Assembly (NCBI GenBank): GCA_038496445.1
Contig: JALMLS010000197.1
Span: 62,001 to 126,000, forward strand
Length of the DNA stretch: 64,000 nt
DNA from: Trichosphaerium sp. ATCC 40318
Lineage: Eukaryota; Protista; Tubulinea
Direction: 5' to 3'
Both the position numbers and the translations under genes were made by a program. Below, piece after piece: positions 11,567-29,704 of the stretch (positions within the stretch are counted from its first letter, which is position 1; the number at the start of each line of letters is the position of its first letter). The notes below the pieces were generated by a model that saw only the letters and a list, made by a program, of their open reading frames with translations, was not told where the DNA came from and did no database searches.

Positions 11567-12922
11567 GTTACAAAATAGGCTTGTGCCAAGCACAGAATAC
11601 GCTATTCAATGTCAATGTCATGTGCCGAATAGATTTCATTGTTCGTTCCTACACGCTTTTAGCAAGTTCCTTGTTGTACGTTTAACTGTATAAACGTACT
11701 GTAGTAGTCCAATGGTTGTAAATCATCAATGATTTCTTGCCACAGTTGCGGCTATTGTCTTTGGACATTTGAAGCACTGATTGATATTGTTTGTGGTGTA
11801 ACATATTCTAAAGCAATGTGTCAATAGTTAATTGTAACCTAAGACTGTACGTTTGTCGTTCTGAATATAAAGGAGAAAAAAATCTTTATATTGATGGGTA
11901 AGTTGGCATGGGACGGTAGACACACTTTGAACATTGATCCTTAGAAGAATGGTATTTTCACGTACCGTAATATAATGAGATTTGTAGACCATCAATTAAC
12001 AGAATTGTTGTAGTATCGACGTTGATGTTTCTGCAGTGTACACTTGGGGAGTGATAACAAACGACTATAATTGGTTACATTGTGCCATAATCCCTATGCT
12101 TCTGTTGTGCTCATTTATCTCAATGTAAACACTCCCGTAGTGAACACAAAACTATAAAATATTAGAGATTGATTTGCGTATCATGAGCTTGGTTAACACG
12201 TACAGAAGGGACTCAAGCAAAGAGTTTTTGATTGATTGTGGACGTCGTTAAGAAGTTTGAGAAGTGTTGTGATGCATGTGTATACTTTGAATAAATGTTT
12301 ATCATGATTGATTGTAGTTTATTAAATTTATTATGCTAGCGTAATATTTCACCCATCAGAATGTTGGGTGACTACTATTTGCACGTGCCATTACGTGCAA
12401 GTTCACATAAACTTGTTTACCAACAGCTGAACGATATTGACTCATTGCGAACAGTGTCAGCCATCAAAATAGCCTGAAAATATTCTGCAAGCCAATTCTA
12501 CGCGTGGAATTTGCAAGGCTGGTATTTAGATCGTTTCTGATGGAGTTTGGAAAATAACCGTGACACGTCATCAATCAAGGTAGATCAATTTCCATTGCAG
12601 CACTAGGAAATATTCAGTATTTGTACAGGAGTTAACACTAAGCCGAAACATCTAAATGCTGGACTGAAAACGGAAATAACAGCCACAGTTAATATTTTTA
12701 GATATTTTGTAGCGATGTTAGCTTACATTCAACAGATTTATTTTTACGGTTTAAGGCCCTGAATCTAGCGATAAGCAATCAACTACGACATTTGGTATTG
12801 ATAGTATAATTGTTTTATAGAAATTATACTTGTATCCATGCCTACATGGTGCACTTCAACTTACGAGTATCCACACCTTTCATTGACGATATTAAAAAGC
12901 AAATTGTTAGCGAACGTATACA

Positions 12923-14335
12923 CTACGCGTGATGAGGTCTTTGTCGAGGCCGTTGTTGGGGTTTTGGTCCAAAGTACTGAATACGAACTATGTCAATCAT
13001 TGCTAAAACAAATGCAGCGCAGAAACCACGGAATATAAAAAGAATAGAACCAGACCAAAAAGCAGATATACCCTACTCCAATCATATTTAATACACCAAT
13101 TAAAAAAGCTGTGATAACCGTACCCCTTTATTGAATATTTGTTGTATAGCTTCGAGAATATTTGTTTGATGTACGAGCTGATAGCACCTAATTAATGTTA
13201 TCACAATAAAAGCGAAAAAAGTGAGAAAGTTGGTTTTAGCTAAAACTCTTTTATTATTGAGATTCCGTTTAAGCCATTGTATTGCGTATACAATATGTAA
13301 GCTGTGGAGCGTAATTTCATTTAAAAAAAAATAATAAGGTTGGAGATAGCAACACTTTTTTTTTTGGCTAAACAACTAAATGTTATTGCACTTTTTTTTT
13401 GGTCTATACTGTACCTTATTGTGTCTACAGGATATGAAAGCAATCCAGCGGATACTGTAACACCATATCCAAGTACGAACATACTTAGGCCTTTGAAGTA
13501 AGGCTTTGCAAGATCATACAGACCAAAATAAAGTGCACGGTAAACAAAGATACCAACAACACTGACAAAGAATCCCTATTTTCGATTGTTAGTTAACATC
13601 ACGTGATTATTTTGTTAAAGCGAGTTGCTATAAACAATGGCGAATATGTTGCTTACGTAATATAGATCCAAGAATTTGACAGACTGAGCAACAATAGCAG
13701 GATCAATAATTTTAGCTATCGCTCTAAAAAAAACAAGTTCGTTTATTTACCCAAAAAACAGAAGCCATGTGACTATGCACAGCCTTAAAAAACGTTCATA
13801 TGTACCTTATGGTATGCCCTTGCATCCAGTACACTCCAACAAGTGCTAACATTCCTGCCAAACCACCTTTTTCGTTGTAAGTTTTGGTTTTGCGGGATTT
13901 AACTGGTAACCGGATTTCGACGTACCTGCGATGATACTACGCGTTTGCTTGTCCATTGAGGTTAGCTTCTTATTAATCAGATCGATACAATATCTTTTTA
14001 CGAGCAAACTTGACAGCTTACGTCGTTCTACAGTTAGTAAACGTTGTTTAGGTAGTTAACGGACTTGTGTAGCAAAAATTCTTCCAATGTTCACTAAACA
14101 GCCTGTCCACAGTGCCTGATAGCCACCGTGCTTTAGTATGTCTGTCAAAACCTTATTGTAACCAAGGATACCTAAAAACTCGTTACAAACACCACAAGCC
14201 GCTATTTGACGCTTAACCATTGTATTTTCCTGGGTTAACTTGCTTTACTAATTTAATAACCTCAAATGGCGATGTTATCGTTTTAGATATCACTGAAGTT
14301 ACGCCCACAGTAAGAAGCGATTGTAACAAAGCCAT
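12923..14335 (-). CDS. Mitochondrial carrier (SLC25), divergent ADP/ATP-translocase-like
   Basis: SKTITSPFE (first carrier signature), GFFVSVVGIFVYRALYFGLYD and LSYPVDTIR (AAC-like), C-terminal GISAFWSGSILFIFRGFCAAFVL. Confidence 0.8.
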
Positions 14336-14658
14336 TAGAGGGTAGTACGCGTTTGAAGCAAAAATAGCAACTAATCCAAATTCATAAGTGCGATTCTGAG
14401 TTCAGTCCTTCGTGACTGGAACTTAACTATTCTCAAGTCTTTCCTAGTGCATGTAACCATACCCAGAGGGTATGGTTAATACCATTGAACAAGTAGTATA
14501 ACACATACACAGTCTGCATCAGTCGCAATAAGTAAATCACGTTTTGTTCTAAATAGAGCTTTTTCATTTGTAGTCAACAGCTTTCACAGTTGACCTAACA
14601 CGCCAATACACCCACAAAGATTCTTGTATGGTGTATATAGTGTTGGTTTATTACGAAA

Positions 14659-15981
14659 ATGGATCAAAACAGCGCCTTCTTTGATGAAATACCTGTAGAA
14701 ATCATTGTACTTATTCTACAATTCGTATCAGTATTCACGATGAGTTCAGTAGTCCATACTTGTAAACTGTTGTCTAAAATTGCTACAAATCACTTGGGAT
14801 ACATGCCAACTAGAGACATTGTGATTACCAAGGAGAAAGGTCTTAAAAAACTATTCAACAAAGCTCCACGATTAATCCAAACAAATACCATAACCATAAA
14901 GTTTTGTCTCAGGCAAAAACACTTAAAGTACCTTCAAGGAGCATATTACCTCAAGCTGTACAAGTTAAAGAAAGTTGACTTTACAGACTTTAACGTTAAC
15001 TGTGGCATAAACTTTGCTTCTTGCTATTCAATTACAGACATTCATCTTAGACAGCTTGGTGGTATCCACAAAATAATACTTACTAGTAAAAGAAATATAT
15101 CTGATAATGGAGTTAAGTTTCTAGCTGGCGTTCATACAATAGATTTAAGTGAATGTATGATATCAAATAAAGGTGTTAAAGCGTTGGCTGGAGTTCATAC
15201 AATTGGTTTAAATAATTGTAGTGGCGTTTCAGATGAAGGTATTCAGGCATTGTCTGGTGTTCATAAAATTCATCTTTATCAAACACAGATTACTGATGAT
15301 GGCATTGAAGCACTTGCTGGCGTCCATACTATAAATATTTCCCAGAGCAAGGTGACAGATAAGGGTATCGCTGCTTTGGCTGGAGTACATACTATCAATT
15401 TAGACAGTTGCAACTACATCTCAGACCAAGGTGTTAAACTGCTAGCTGGTGTTCATTCAATTAGTGTAGCCTATTGTAAGGTTGTATCAGATGTAAGCGT
15501 TGTAGCCCTCTCTGGTGTCCACACCATTAACCTACCTCTGACACAGGTGACCGATGAAGGACTTGAAGCGCTGGCAGGTGTGCATTCTATTAACCTGTCA
15601 TACTGTAAACATATAACAGACAAAGGTATTAGTGCCCTAGCTGGTGTTCATAGAATTAAGCTTACCAGCACAAGAGTGACAGATAAAGGTGTTAAGGCAT
15701 TGGCTAGAGTTCATACAATAGGTCTAGCCAATTGCGAATATGTCACAGATGAAAGCATTAAGACACTTCAAGGAGTTAAAAGGATTGGTATAGGAAACAC
15801 TAATATCACTGTGGATGTATTTAACTCACTTAAAGGTGTTCTGGAAGTAGTAACATCTTCGCATGATCCTAGAGAACAACTGTTAAGAATACAATTCCCA
15901 AACATATTGGTTATTACTCCACATAGACTATTTCCACATATCTCATGTGTAGAAAGACTTGAAATATTTGGTGATTGGTAA
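14659..15981 (+). CDS. Intronless F-box + leucine-rich-repeat protein, 440 aa
   Basis: F-box FDEIPVEIIVLILQFV...VCK-like motif, then about 12 repeats of LAGVHTINLSxxxVTDxGIxA. Confidence 0.9.
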   Translation: MDQNSAFFDEIPVEIIVLILQFVSVFTMSSVVHTCKLLSKIATNHLGYMPTRDIVITKEKGLKKLFNKAPRLIQTNTITIKFCLRQKHLKYLQGAYYLKLYKLKKVDFTDFNVNCGINFASCYSITDIHLRQLGGIHKIILTSKRNISDNGVKFLAGVHTIDLSECMISNKGVKALAGVHTIGLNNCSGVSDEGIQALSGVHKIHLYQTQITDDGIEALAGVHTINISQSKVTDKGIAALAGVHTINLDSCNYISDQGVKLLAGVHSISVAYCKVVSDVSVVALSGVHTINLPLTQVTDEGLEALAGVHSINLSYCKHITDKGISALAGVHRIKLTSTRVTDKGVKALARVHTIGLANCEYVTDESIKTLQGVKRIGIGNTNITVDVFNSLKGVLEVVTSSHDPREQLLRIQFPNILVITPHRLFPHISCVERLEIFGDW

Positions 15982-16440
15982 AAAAGAATCTACAATAAAA
16001 AGTAACTTCCAAGACGTACTTGTAATATCAAAAATAGTCACACTTTTGTTATATCTTATGATTCAGAGTTCTTAAGCTATACAGGAACTGAGCAAGATTC
16101 TAAATCACCACGAACGAAACAAGCAAGGTATTGTTCTTCCAGGTGTTTGTACTGCTTATTTACTTTAAAGCAACATTAATTAGTCTTCCTATAGAGATTC
16201 AACTTGATAATGGAAGTAGATGCTATGAGTTGCATGGCCTATTATGTATGAATATACAAGGAAGTACTAGGCTTGGTGGAATGAGTACAAATAGATACAA
16301 AGGTCATAAAGTGGAAGCGAGCACATATTGCAATATCTATTGTCAACACAGCATACAGTGATATCCTGAGATTGAAATACGCTGCTAAAAACAAAACTTG
16401 ATTGAACTTAAACACAAAGCTATCGCAACACTATTCTTTA

Positions 16441-18704
16441 TTAGTACACGTATGGGATTAACCTATAAGGCACTTTTTCGCAGTATGCTTTCCAGTATTG
16501 TTTGTACTTCTTGGCACACCTTAAGCAAAAGAGTAAGTACATGGCGTACATGAAGAATAGGTAAAAAAAAGTGTTACCATCGTTCATCACGGTGAAGTCT
16601 ATGAATCAACAGCACTGTAAGGTAGCATCCGTAAAGGAAAGGAGATATTCGTAACGCGTATGAAGGTAAACCATTTGCCCAAGCCATAATCAAGTCACCT
16701 GTGTAATTCATTTTACGACCAATACCCCACCAACCAGAGATGAGAAGTTTGCGACCTCTATCAGCTGGAAAATAAAAAGTAAGTATAAAAGAAGAATATT
16801 GTGAGACTCGACATGAATTTAAAGTAATCACGTGATAAAAGTTATATTGGTTAACTAGGTGAGTGTTTTACGCAGAAAATGATTTAAAAGGCATAAAGTA
16901 CAAACCTGAGATGAATTCTGGAACTCTTCCCCAAATTGGCTATCAACAAAGTCAGCAATGTGTTTATCAGAGTTAAAGTATTTACCTGCTCTGGCGCTTT
17001 TTTAAACTGGAATTTCTGAATACACGTCTGCGCAAAGATGATGTAACCAAAACCCCTTTTTGCAATGTTAGAAAGTGTCAAACAAGACAGTGCCGGAACA
17101 CAAGATTTCATCCTTACCAAAGCAAAAATATACCAGCAAATCCCCAAGCAGAGAGCTCTTGTACTCCTGAGTAGTGGTATAAAAATACAACAGGGAAAGT
17201 AAAAGTAATCATCACCCTAACATGTCATTAAGTTTAAAAAAAGTCAAAAACAAAATCCTCAAAAAGTCACGGCAGCACTCTTGATCATTTTAAAACTAAC
17301 ATACCAAGTCATATTTCCCCAACACAACATAATACCAAAATTTTCAGCATAAAAATCAAGCATAGTCAATACAGCTAAAGGTTACAAAACGCCGTGAGTT
17401 AAAACAATTTACGAATAAAAAAGTTGTTTACCTGTTTCATGAATAAAGTAATGCAAAACGTATAAAAAGTGCAATACTGTTGTTAGTAGCATAGCGCTTG
17501 GTAATACACCGGTTCTTACATATGCAGTATGAAGGAAACACATTTCGATAAGTGTCCAAGCCATCAAAGCTCTAATACATAAGGTGAACTCTGAGCAAAA
17601 AAAAATTTCAAAATACACGAAATCTAGTCTCCTGGCTTTACCTTCCCTCAGTAATCCATTTAGGATCAAGCCATATTTGTCCAAAAAATCTTGGGTTAGC
17701 TTCGTAACCATAAAAGTAATCGAGAACTAAGTTACCAGAAGGATTTCCCTAAAAATAAAATTTACAAAACACTCAAAAAATCAGAGTGACACTTGCACGC
17801 ACCTCATAAAAGAGATATCCACGCAAGTACAAAAGTACACAAATACCGTATGAAAAAGTGGTAGCAAGAGTAGCTATTGGACCTATCAAGTGTCAGAGGA
17901 CAATAAAAAAGGCCGATTTAAAAACAATTGTAATATGCGTACCAAAGTGATCTACGACAAGTGATGGGTCAAAATAACCGTAGTATGTTGTGCCTAGTAG
18001 CGCTACAATAGATACAATAAAACATTCCTGCCAAGTGTCAACTTTTAAAACGCTGAGAGTATTTTTTTTTGAAAAAAAGAAAAAAAACCGTACTTTGCCG
18101 TTAACCAAGTAAGGCAATCTAACGCCATTGTGTGTCTGTGGTTGTCCCATTACTATCTCCCCAGGTATCAAATAATGAAGGAGAATAGATAGAACCCAGA
18201 ATCCAAGGTAAATAGCTGCCTAAGGGAAAGTTTTAATCTAAAGAGCGCATTGTACAAAAAAAAAAGTTTGGCTGCTGTTTTCGCCGTAAAACTAGTTTTT
18301 AGATAGGCCTGTAGTCTATTCGCGCTATAGTAGCGTCTTACTGCTTCGTATGTTGGCATTGGGAACATGTCAATTAACCCTTGCATTGGATCGTTAAGAA
18401 TAGCGTAGATAGCGCCAATTTCGTCCCCTTGTGTACTTCCATAAAGTACCAAAACAAGTTTGGCACGAAGAAAAGAACAATAGTGAGGAAAAACGCTCCT
18501 ATACGCTGATTTTAGTGGTTTTACTGCTAATGGTGGTATTTTAGAGGTTGTCTACCTGGCGCTTCTACAAAACGATCTAATTCTTCTTCTGGACGAACCA
18601 CTGCTGGTTTTTCATCCCGTACAGACCTTTTGTGGAATGTTACAATCAAGAAATACGTATTTCCGTTTTACGAACTTGCTTTGCTCCTTGACGCGCTGTC
18701 TCAT
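16441..18704 (-). CDS. ERG24: Delta14-sterol reductase / ERG4-ERG24 (LBR/TM7SF2) family, multi-exon
   Basis: LLISGWWGIGRKMNYTGDLIMAW, LLIHRLHRDERWCAKKYKQYWKAYCEKVPYRLIPYVY*, GVRLPYLVNG, ENFGIMLCWG. Confidence 0.85.
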
Positions 18705-20394
18705 GCTTTAGTGCTATTGTACGCTTTACAATTGCTCTAGAACCGGGAAAACAGTATAGCCAGATAAGTTCGGTGTTTCGTCGTAAGTCAAGCTCAAATA
18801 CGAGCCGGAGGTACATTTGTTCCGGGTTTTGCAATTGTATCGATGTACATAGAGTGTACCTGTTACTCTCAAATTGCAACTTCTCAAGGGAAGGGGGTAG
18901 TACACTACCGCCCCTTACCCTGTCCTGCAAAGACAACTGCCAAAAAGACAAACATGTGCCAGAAAAAAGTTGTTAAAAGATGAAATAGTAGAAAGTCCTC
19001 TTCTTCCCAGCAACGTTGTATTTCTCGGCAACAAAACCAAAAAGAGGTGATCGCGTAGTGTGCCTCGGATGTGCAGGGTACACAAGATGAATTTATCATC
19101 TGTCATTACCTTAGAGCACAAGGTTTTCAAGGGAAATTTTGTCGAAGTATTAACCACCGACCTTCCACCACTGAGTCACGGTCGCTACAAACAGCCTCGT
19201 TCTCCCGCACTCTGCAGGAAACAAGACAAGTCAGCAGCGCCACAACATAGCAGTGAGCCATTGTAGATTGGTTTATGGAACAAGGGTTTAGATAAGCGAA
19301 GTAAATTACGAAGTATTGTTTAAAGACCCTTGCTCCCTTACATTAAAACGAAGTATATCAATGGCCAGTCAGGCAGTTGGGAAGCACGACAACTATGCAC
19401 CTCGATTATAAAATGGAATCAACTGCGCTTTTATCCACGTGCCTCTTGATTAAAAAAAAAAGTGGGAAGAATGAAACGCCTGAAAAAGGTGATAGTGGGT
19501 TGCAAGATCGTTGGGAAGTAGTATCGAAAACACAAAAGAACTTGGTTCTTAGTTTCTGAAAAACGTGAAAACTCACTTTTTTTCAAATCAAAATGGGGAA
19601 ACTGTTTTTCGCTCAGAAAACGTTATTGGCAATTGATAGACCTTTTTATTGCGTACAGGGCACCATCAATTGAGTAACCTGTTAGCACGTTTCGCTCCAA
19701 GTAGCTTGAAAACCCTCAAACGACTGAAACGAGCTGTGACTATGTATGCCAGTGAAACAAATAATCAGTTTTGTGTGGACTTTGAACGTGCTGCCAGCAA
19801 AATGAATCGAACTGAATGAAACTTGAGACACGCGAAACTTGATGCTGTAGGAGAAATAGTTTAGATGTGTCCAACATTTGATTTTTAATACTCTGGTTAA
19901 ACGGGGCAGCATCGCTGTTGAAAATTCTGGAAAATATATGTTTTGAAAAAAATTGCTTGGACTGTCGGTACTTTTCCTTGGCACAGCATAAACGAATTGG
20001 AAAGTGGTTTTTATACCCATAAGTATAGCACCCTAGATACATGTTGAAAATACCAATTGAAGTTTAAGATGGTTCTGAGGTGAGTAAAAACGTCTCAAAG
20101 ATTCTCAAAATCCTATAAAAATCAACAAACAATTTTTCTGAAACTGTCCCAAAAGCGAGTGCTGCCCCACCCTTGTACAATTGTGGAACTAAGACAGATT
20201 CCAGTTAGTAAAACTTGTTTAATTGAAATGGAGGATGTTTCTACACGTCAAAGCACATATGGTAAAATAAAAAATAATACCCAAGAGAATCACAACCTCT
20301 TTTAAGTCAAAACTATTAAGCAAACCTTATATTAATAGCAACCATTACCACCATCGTTATCAACAACAAAAATAAGTGATAATTTCGTAGTTTA

Positions 20395-21093
20395 ATGGAT
20401 AGACAAAGCTACACAATCATTAATACACTGCCAATCGAAATATTGGTTAAAATAATGAATTCGATCCACAATACTGCTTGTTTACACTCTTTACAACATT
20501 CATGTACTTTCTTTCAAAGTATTATTCAACACCACTTTGGATACAAAGCATATCGTTCAGTTCATCTTGGAGATGAAAAACAACTCAAGAAAATGTACAA
20601 ATCATGTCGTTTACTTGTAAACAAATCTAAAATAAGAATTTTGTTCAAAATCAAACCAAAAACCATGAAAAAGTATCTTAAAGGTGTTCATACAATCAAC
20701 TTGTATCATCTCAATGTTACATATGATGGCATTAAATCATTGGCTGGTGTTCATACAATCAGTCTTTCAAACACAAATGTGACTGATCGTGGCATTAAAG
20801 CGTTGGCTGGTGTTCATACGATTGATCTGAGAAATACTTCAGTGACAGATGAAGGTATTAGAGAATTGGCTGGAGTTCATACAATAGATGTTGCATATAC
20901 ACAAGTCACTGATCATGGCATTGTATCATTGATTGGAGCACATACAATTAATTGTTCATATACAATCGTTACAGATGTAGCTGCTAAAGCATTGGCTGCA
21001 AATGGAGCAATTAAAGAAATCAATGTAATTTGTACAAAAGTGACATCTGAGGGTATTACAGCATTACTCACTTGTGCCAAAGTAGCTTGGTAA
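20395..21093 (+). CDS. Intronless F-box + LRR protein, 232 aa (copy A)
   Basis: INTLPIEILVKIM F-box and LAGVHTI repeats; near-identical to 30940-31638. Confidence 0.9.
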   Translation: MDRQSYTIINTLPIEILVKIMNSIHNTACLHSLQHSCTFFQSIIQHHFGYKAYRSVHLGDEKQLKKMYKSCRLLVNKSKIRILFKIKPKTMKKYLKGVHTINLYHLNVTYDGIKSLAGVHTISLSNTNVTDRGIKALAGVHTIDLRNTSVTDEGIRELAGVHTIDVAYTQVTDHGIVSLIGAHTINCSYTIVTDVAAKALAANGAIKEINVICTKVTSEGITALLTCAKVAW

Positions 21094-21145
21094 GATAATA
21101 AAATCAGGACGAACTTAAATACAATCTTAATTTACATAGAACAAC

Positions 21146-21365
21146 TTAAATGATTTCAAATGTAAGATTTATCCTTTCGCCAACTAGTTTTGGTTGCTTT
21201 ACTATTGTGTGCTTCCAGTGATGTTGTGTATCTCCAGCCATTACTATTAGAGATCCATTTGTTAACTTGAATTCTTTTTTCTCTGTTTTGTCATTGTGCT
21301 TGAGTGCAAAGCGCCTTGTGACACCCAAAGATACTGATGCAATCACGTTTTAACCCTAGAAATAT
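21146..21365 (-). pseudogene. Orphan duplicate of the last exon of the AlkB gene
   Basis: IASVSLGVTRRFALKH...HWKHTIVK...RINLTFEII with a piece of the preceding intron. No upstream exons (the ArfGAP 3' end lies there), and the terminal 2OG-binding Arg is lost. Confidence 0.85.
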
Positions 21366-21449
21366 TTAAGCGCTCATTGTTATTTTCTAATGGTGAGTAG
21401 CACGACATAAACAAAATCTATATCACTGGTTTTTTTTTATTTTATTTAC

Positions 21450-26789
<5,340 letters not shown>

Positions 26790-27696
26790 GACACTAAGGA
26801 TGGAGGTGAGTACGAAATGGAAAAAAAAAAAAAATCAAATTGATTTTTTTATGGAGTCTGTGGGTACTGTAAAACTGTAAGTTTAGTAAAGTGAAGGCGA
26901 TAAAAGCAGTGTAGTATGTAAATTGTGCATTTTCGAAACGGAGTTTGCTTGTCGTAAAAAAAACTAGCTCTGTTGTATCGAAATTTAAACACCACGGTGT
27001 TTACTGTGTTAAAGTCTTGGTTTATTGCGCAAAACTAAACTAAAGAGAGAAATAGCACAGTTCCATTAGAAAAGGTATGTTTTAAAGAGAGGTACAGTAG
27101 GGAGAGATTACTAGTACATACGTTTTTCACAATACCGATCGGTAGCCTATTTTATCTTTTGTAAGCAAGCGCCTACACTAGCAGCGTTACCAAATGAAGG
27201 GTAGTCCTCTTTACGTTACCACAAACGAAATCTGTACGTATTTTGACCTGGTTCACCCTTTTTAAGATCGCAGCCGAAAATGACGCCAACAATTTTGTAC
27301 CCTGACATACGAATAGCAGCGAGAGTTGCTACAAATCATAAAACAGCAATTATGTCCGATGGCACTGTTTTAGGATATCCAGCTATGTACATTCCAAACA
27401 AAGTAGTGCATACGCCATACGAGGTTACACCGTCTTCGGGTTTTTAATAGAAAGGCATTTTCGCTTTTTCAAACACTGGCGCTTTGAAAATTGAGTCCTT
27501 ACGCAGATTCACGCGAGACCCGATAAAACAACACATGACATATCATTGAAGGTGATTTAGGCCTTCCTAAGGTCAAGCGCGTATTTGATAGCCGCTCTTC
27601 TGTGAACAGAAGTTAGTCATTTCTCGTGAACCATAAAATTGTGTTAAACAGGCTGAGTCAGCACCGCTTGGTACCCATAAACTACAAAACAACACA

Positions 27697-29704
27697 ATGA
27701 CACAATCAACCGCTGCGTTAATAGCAACAGTGCTCTCACTAGCTTTATTTGTGGCTGCATATGAGAGAGGTGATCAATATTATGGCAGTAACAGTTATGG
27801 AGGAGGATACCAAGGAAGAGATGGAGACACGTATGAGGAATGGACACATGAAACTTGGTTTGATCGTATGGGCAACTCTCTAGTTGGTACGGCATCACTA
27901 TACAACCAATAAATCGGTATTTATGAGCGTAGGCGTCGGTATTGGGTTTGTAGTTCTTATTGGTACTGGATTCCTACTCTTCTGGAATGAAAAACGCGCA
28001 GTGAACCGTATCAGAGCGTTGAAGGTGAGTTTTTTATTTTTACAACTTCGTTACTTTAAAACGATGATACCCGTTACATGCGACACTGTGCTAAGATGAA
28101 TCCTAGGAAGGATCAGGACAAGTAGTTTCTGTTAGCACAGAAGGCGACAATTTGCGTCAATTTAATCAGTGCCTCATTCATACAACCGGACATGCAGCTA
28201 CGAACGATTTACTAAGCGATGAAGGTACACAGAACAAAGATAATTAATATTTCACGTACTTTACTAAAAATCGATTACCTCTCACCACTCAAGGCTTCTT
28301 TACTTCCAAAATCATTTGTTTTTACTTCTAGCACCACGTTAAAAGCATTTTAAAATAGTTTTACTATGTTTCGAGCTTACCAGACCCTAGATTTTGGCGT
28401 ACAAGTTCAAGCAATAAAGTTGATAAGATCTGTCCAAATCTACCAATGGAAAGAGACAAAACGCTCTCAAAAGTACAAAAATGTAGGTGGTAGTACTGAT
28501 ACGCGTCATACATACACCTACAATAAAGTTTGGAAATCAGATTTATCGTCAAGCCGAAGTTTTAGGTACAAAAAGTCCACTTCCTGTAAGTTTTCTTTCT
28601 TACCTTTTTTAAGGCATCCACAAGGTCATGAGAACCCATCTAAGTCACTGTTCGTATCTAAGACTACTACAGCAAATAATGTTATGATTAATGGGTATGT
28701 TCTGGTGGGTATGGCGTGTTTTAACTTCTGTTTAGAAGCTTGAGTTTATCACAAGACTTTATTTCGAAATTCAGTAACGTTGAAAAAATGACCTTCAATG
28801 AAGGATTATACAATGTTCTACCACCTCATATGCAAGGCATACTAAAGATAGCTAACCAACATGAATTATACTATGGTGTAAATCCAATGAACCCTCAGGC
28901 ATGTTTAAATTTTAGATATCAAAGGACAAAGCTAATTTTTTAACAGATTGGTGACATGAAAATAACTTTTTCACAAGCTCTTCCATGTACCGTTTCAGTA
29001 GTTGGAAAGCTTTCTAATGGTATACTTGTACCTCACAACACTTCAAATAATAGTAAAATTGCTCTTCTACAGGTAAGGATTGACACAAAGTTTTCTTTTC
29101 CTTTTCGCACATCTTGCCTTGAAAAACTTAACTACCATCTTTCGTTCTACTCACGTGGTTTATTAGACGGGAACCCACAAAGCAAATGATATGTTTAAAG
29201 CAGCAATGGCAGAAAATACATTTTTAACATGGATTCTAAGAGCCTTAGGGTTCTTTTTGAACTTTGTTGGATTTGCTCTATTATTTTCTCCTTTGTCTAC
29301 CTTTTTCGATATTTTACCATTTATTGGTGGTATTGTTGGATTTGGTACTTCACTAGGATCTCTATTACTCGGATTTATTGTATCAATTATCACTATTGCA
29401 GTTGCCTGGATCTTCTACAGGTAACGTATTTGCAATCAAATTTATGCTCAGTGACATCATTGTTACTCGTAAATTTCCTTGTTTTTTTACAATTTAGATG
29501 TGTTTTTTTTAAGTCGACTCAACTCAGTCCGACTCGACTTTTTGTAAAATCGGTCCGACTCGACTTAAGACTGAGTCGTTAACAGTACTAATTCTGACTT
29601 TTTAATTTAGACCTATTGTTGGCGTTGCACTCCTATCTGTTGCAGCTGTTATGATATTTGTAAGTAGCAAGGGTGGTGAATATGCTTCTACAGCTCATAG
29701 ATAA
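27697..29704 (+). CDS. TMEM43: TMEM43/LUMA (DUF1625) family membrane protein
   Basis: LLFWNEKRAV, KLIRSVQIYQWKE, YTYNKVW, GHENP, NPQIGDMKITF, ENTFLTWILRALG, IAVAWIFYRP. Confidence 0.9.
29510..29590. repeat. Short GACTCGAC-motif cluster in the last TMEM43 intron, possibly a MITE/transposon end remnant
   Basis: GTCCGACTCGACTT occurs twice, with inverted ACTCAGTC/GACTGAGT and AAGTCGA/TCGACTT. Confidence 0.45.

Larger units (their letters stand above)
20300..21370. repeat. ~1.1-kb inverted segmental duplication of ~30625-31730
   Basis: F-box/LRR gene, its upstream region and the AlkB last exon align in reverse complement, with an indel of ~40 bp in the shared 3' intergenic region. Confidence 0.9.

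Noticed and set aside
18710-20290. Overlapping short ORFs on both strands
   Set aside because: No recognisable motifs or consistent splice pattern; treated as intergenic or unknown.
21340-21370. CACGTG at the junction of the second (F-box/AlkB) duplication
   Set aside because: Only CACGTT is nearby and similarity extends ~25 bp past it, so this junction does not support the motif rule.
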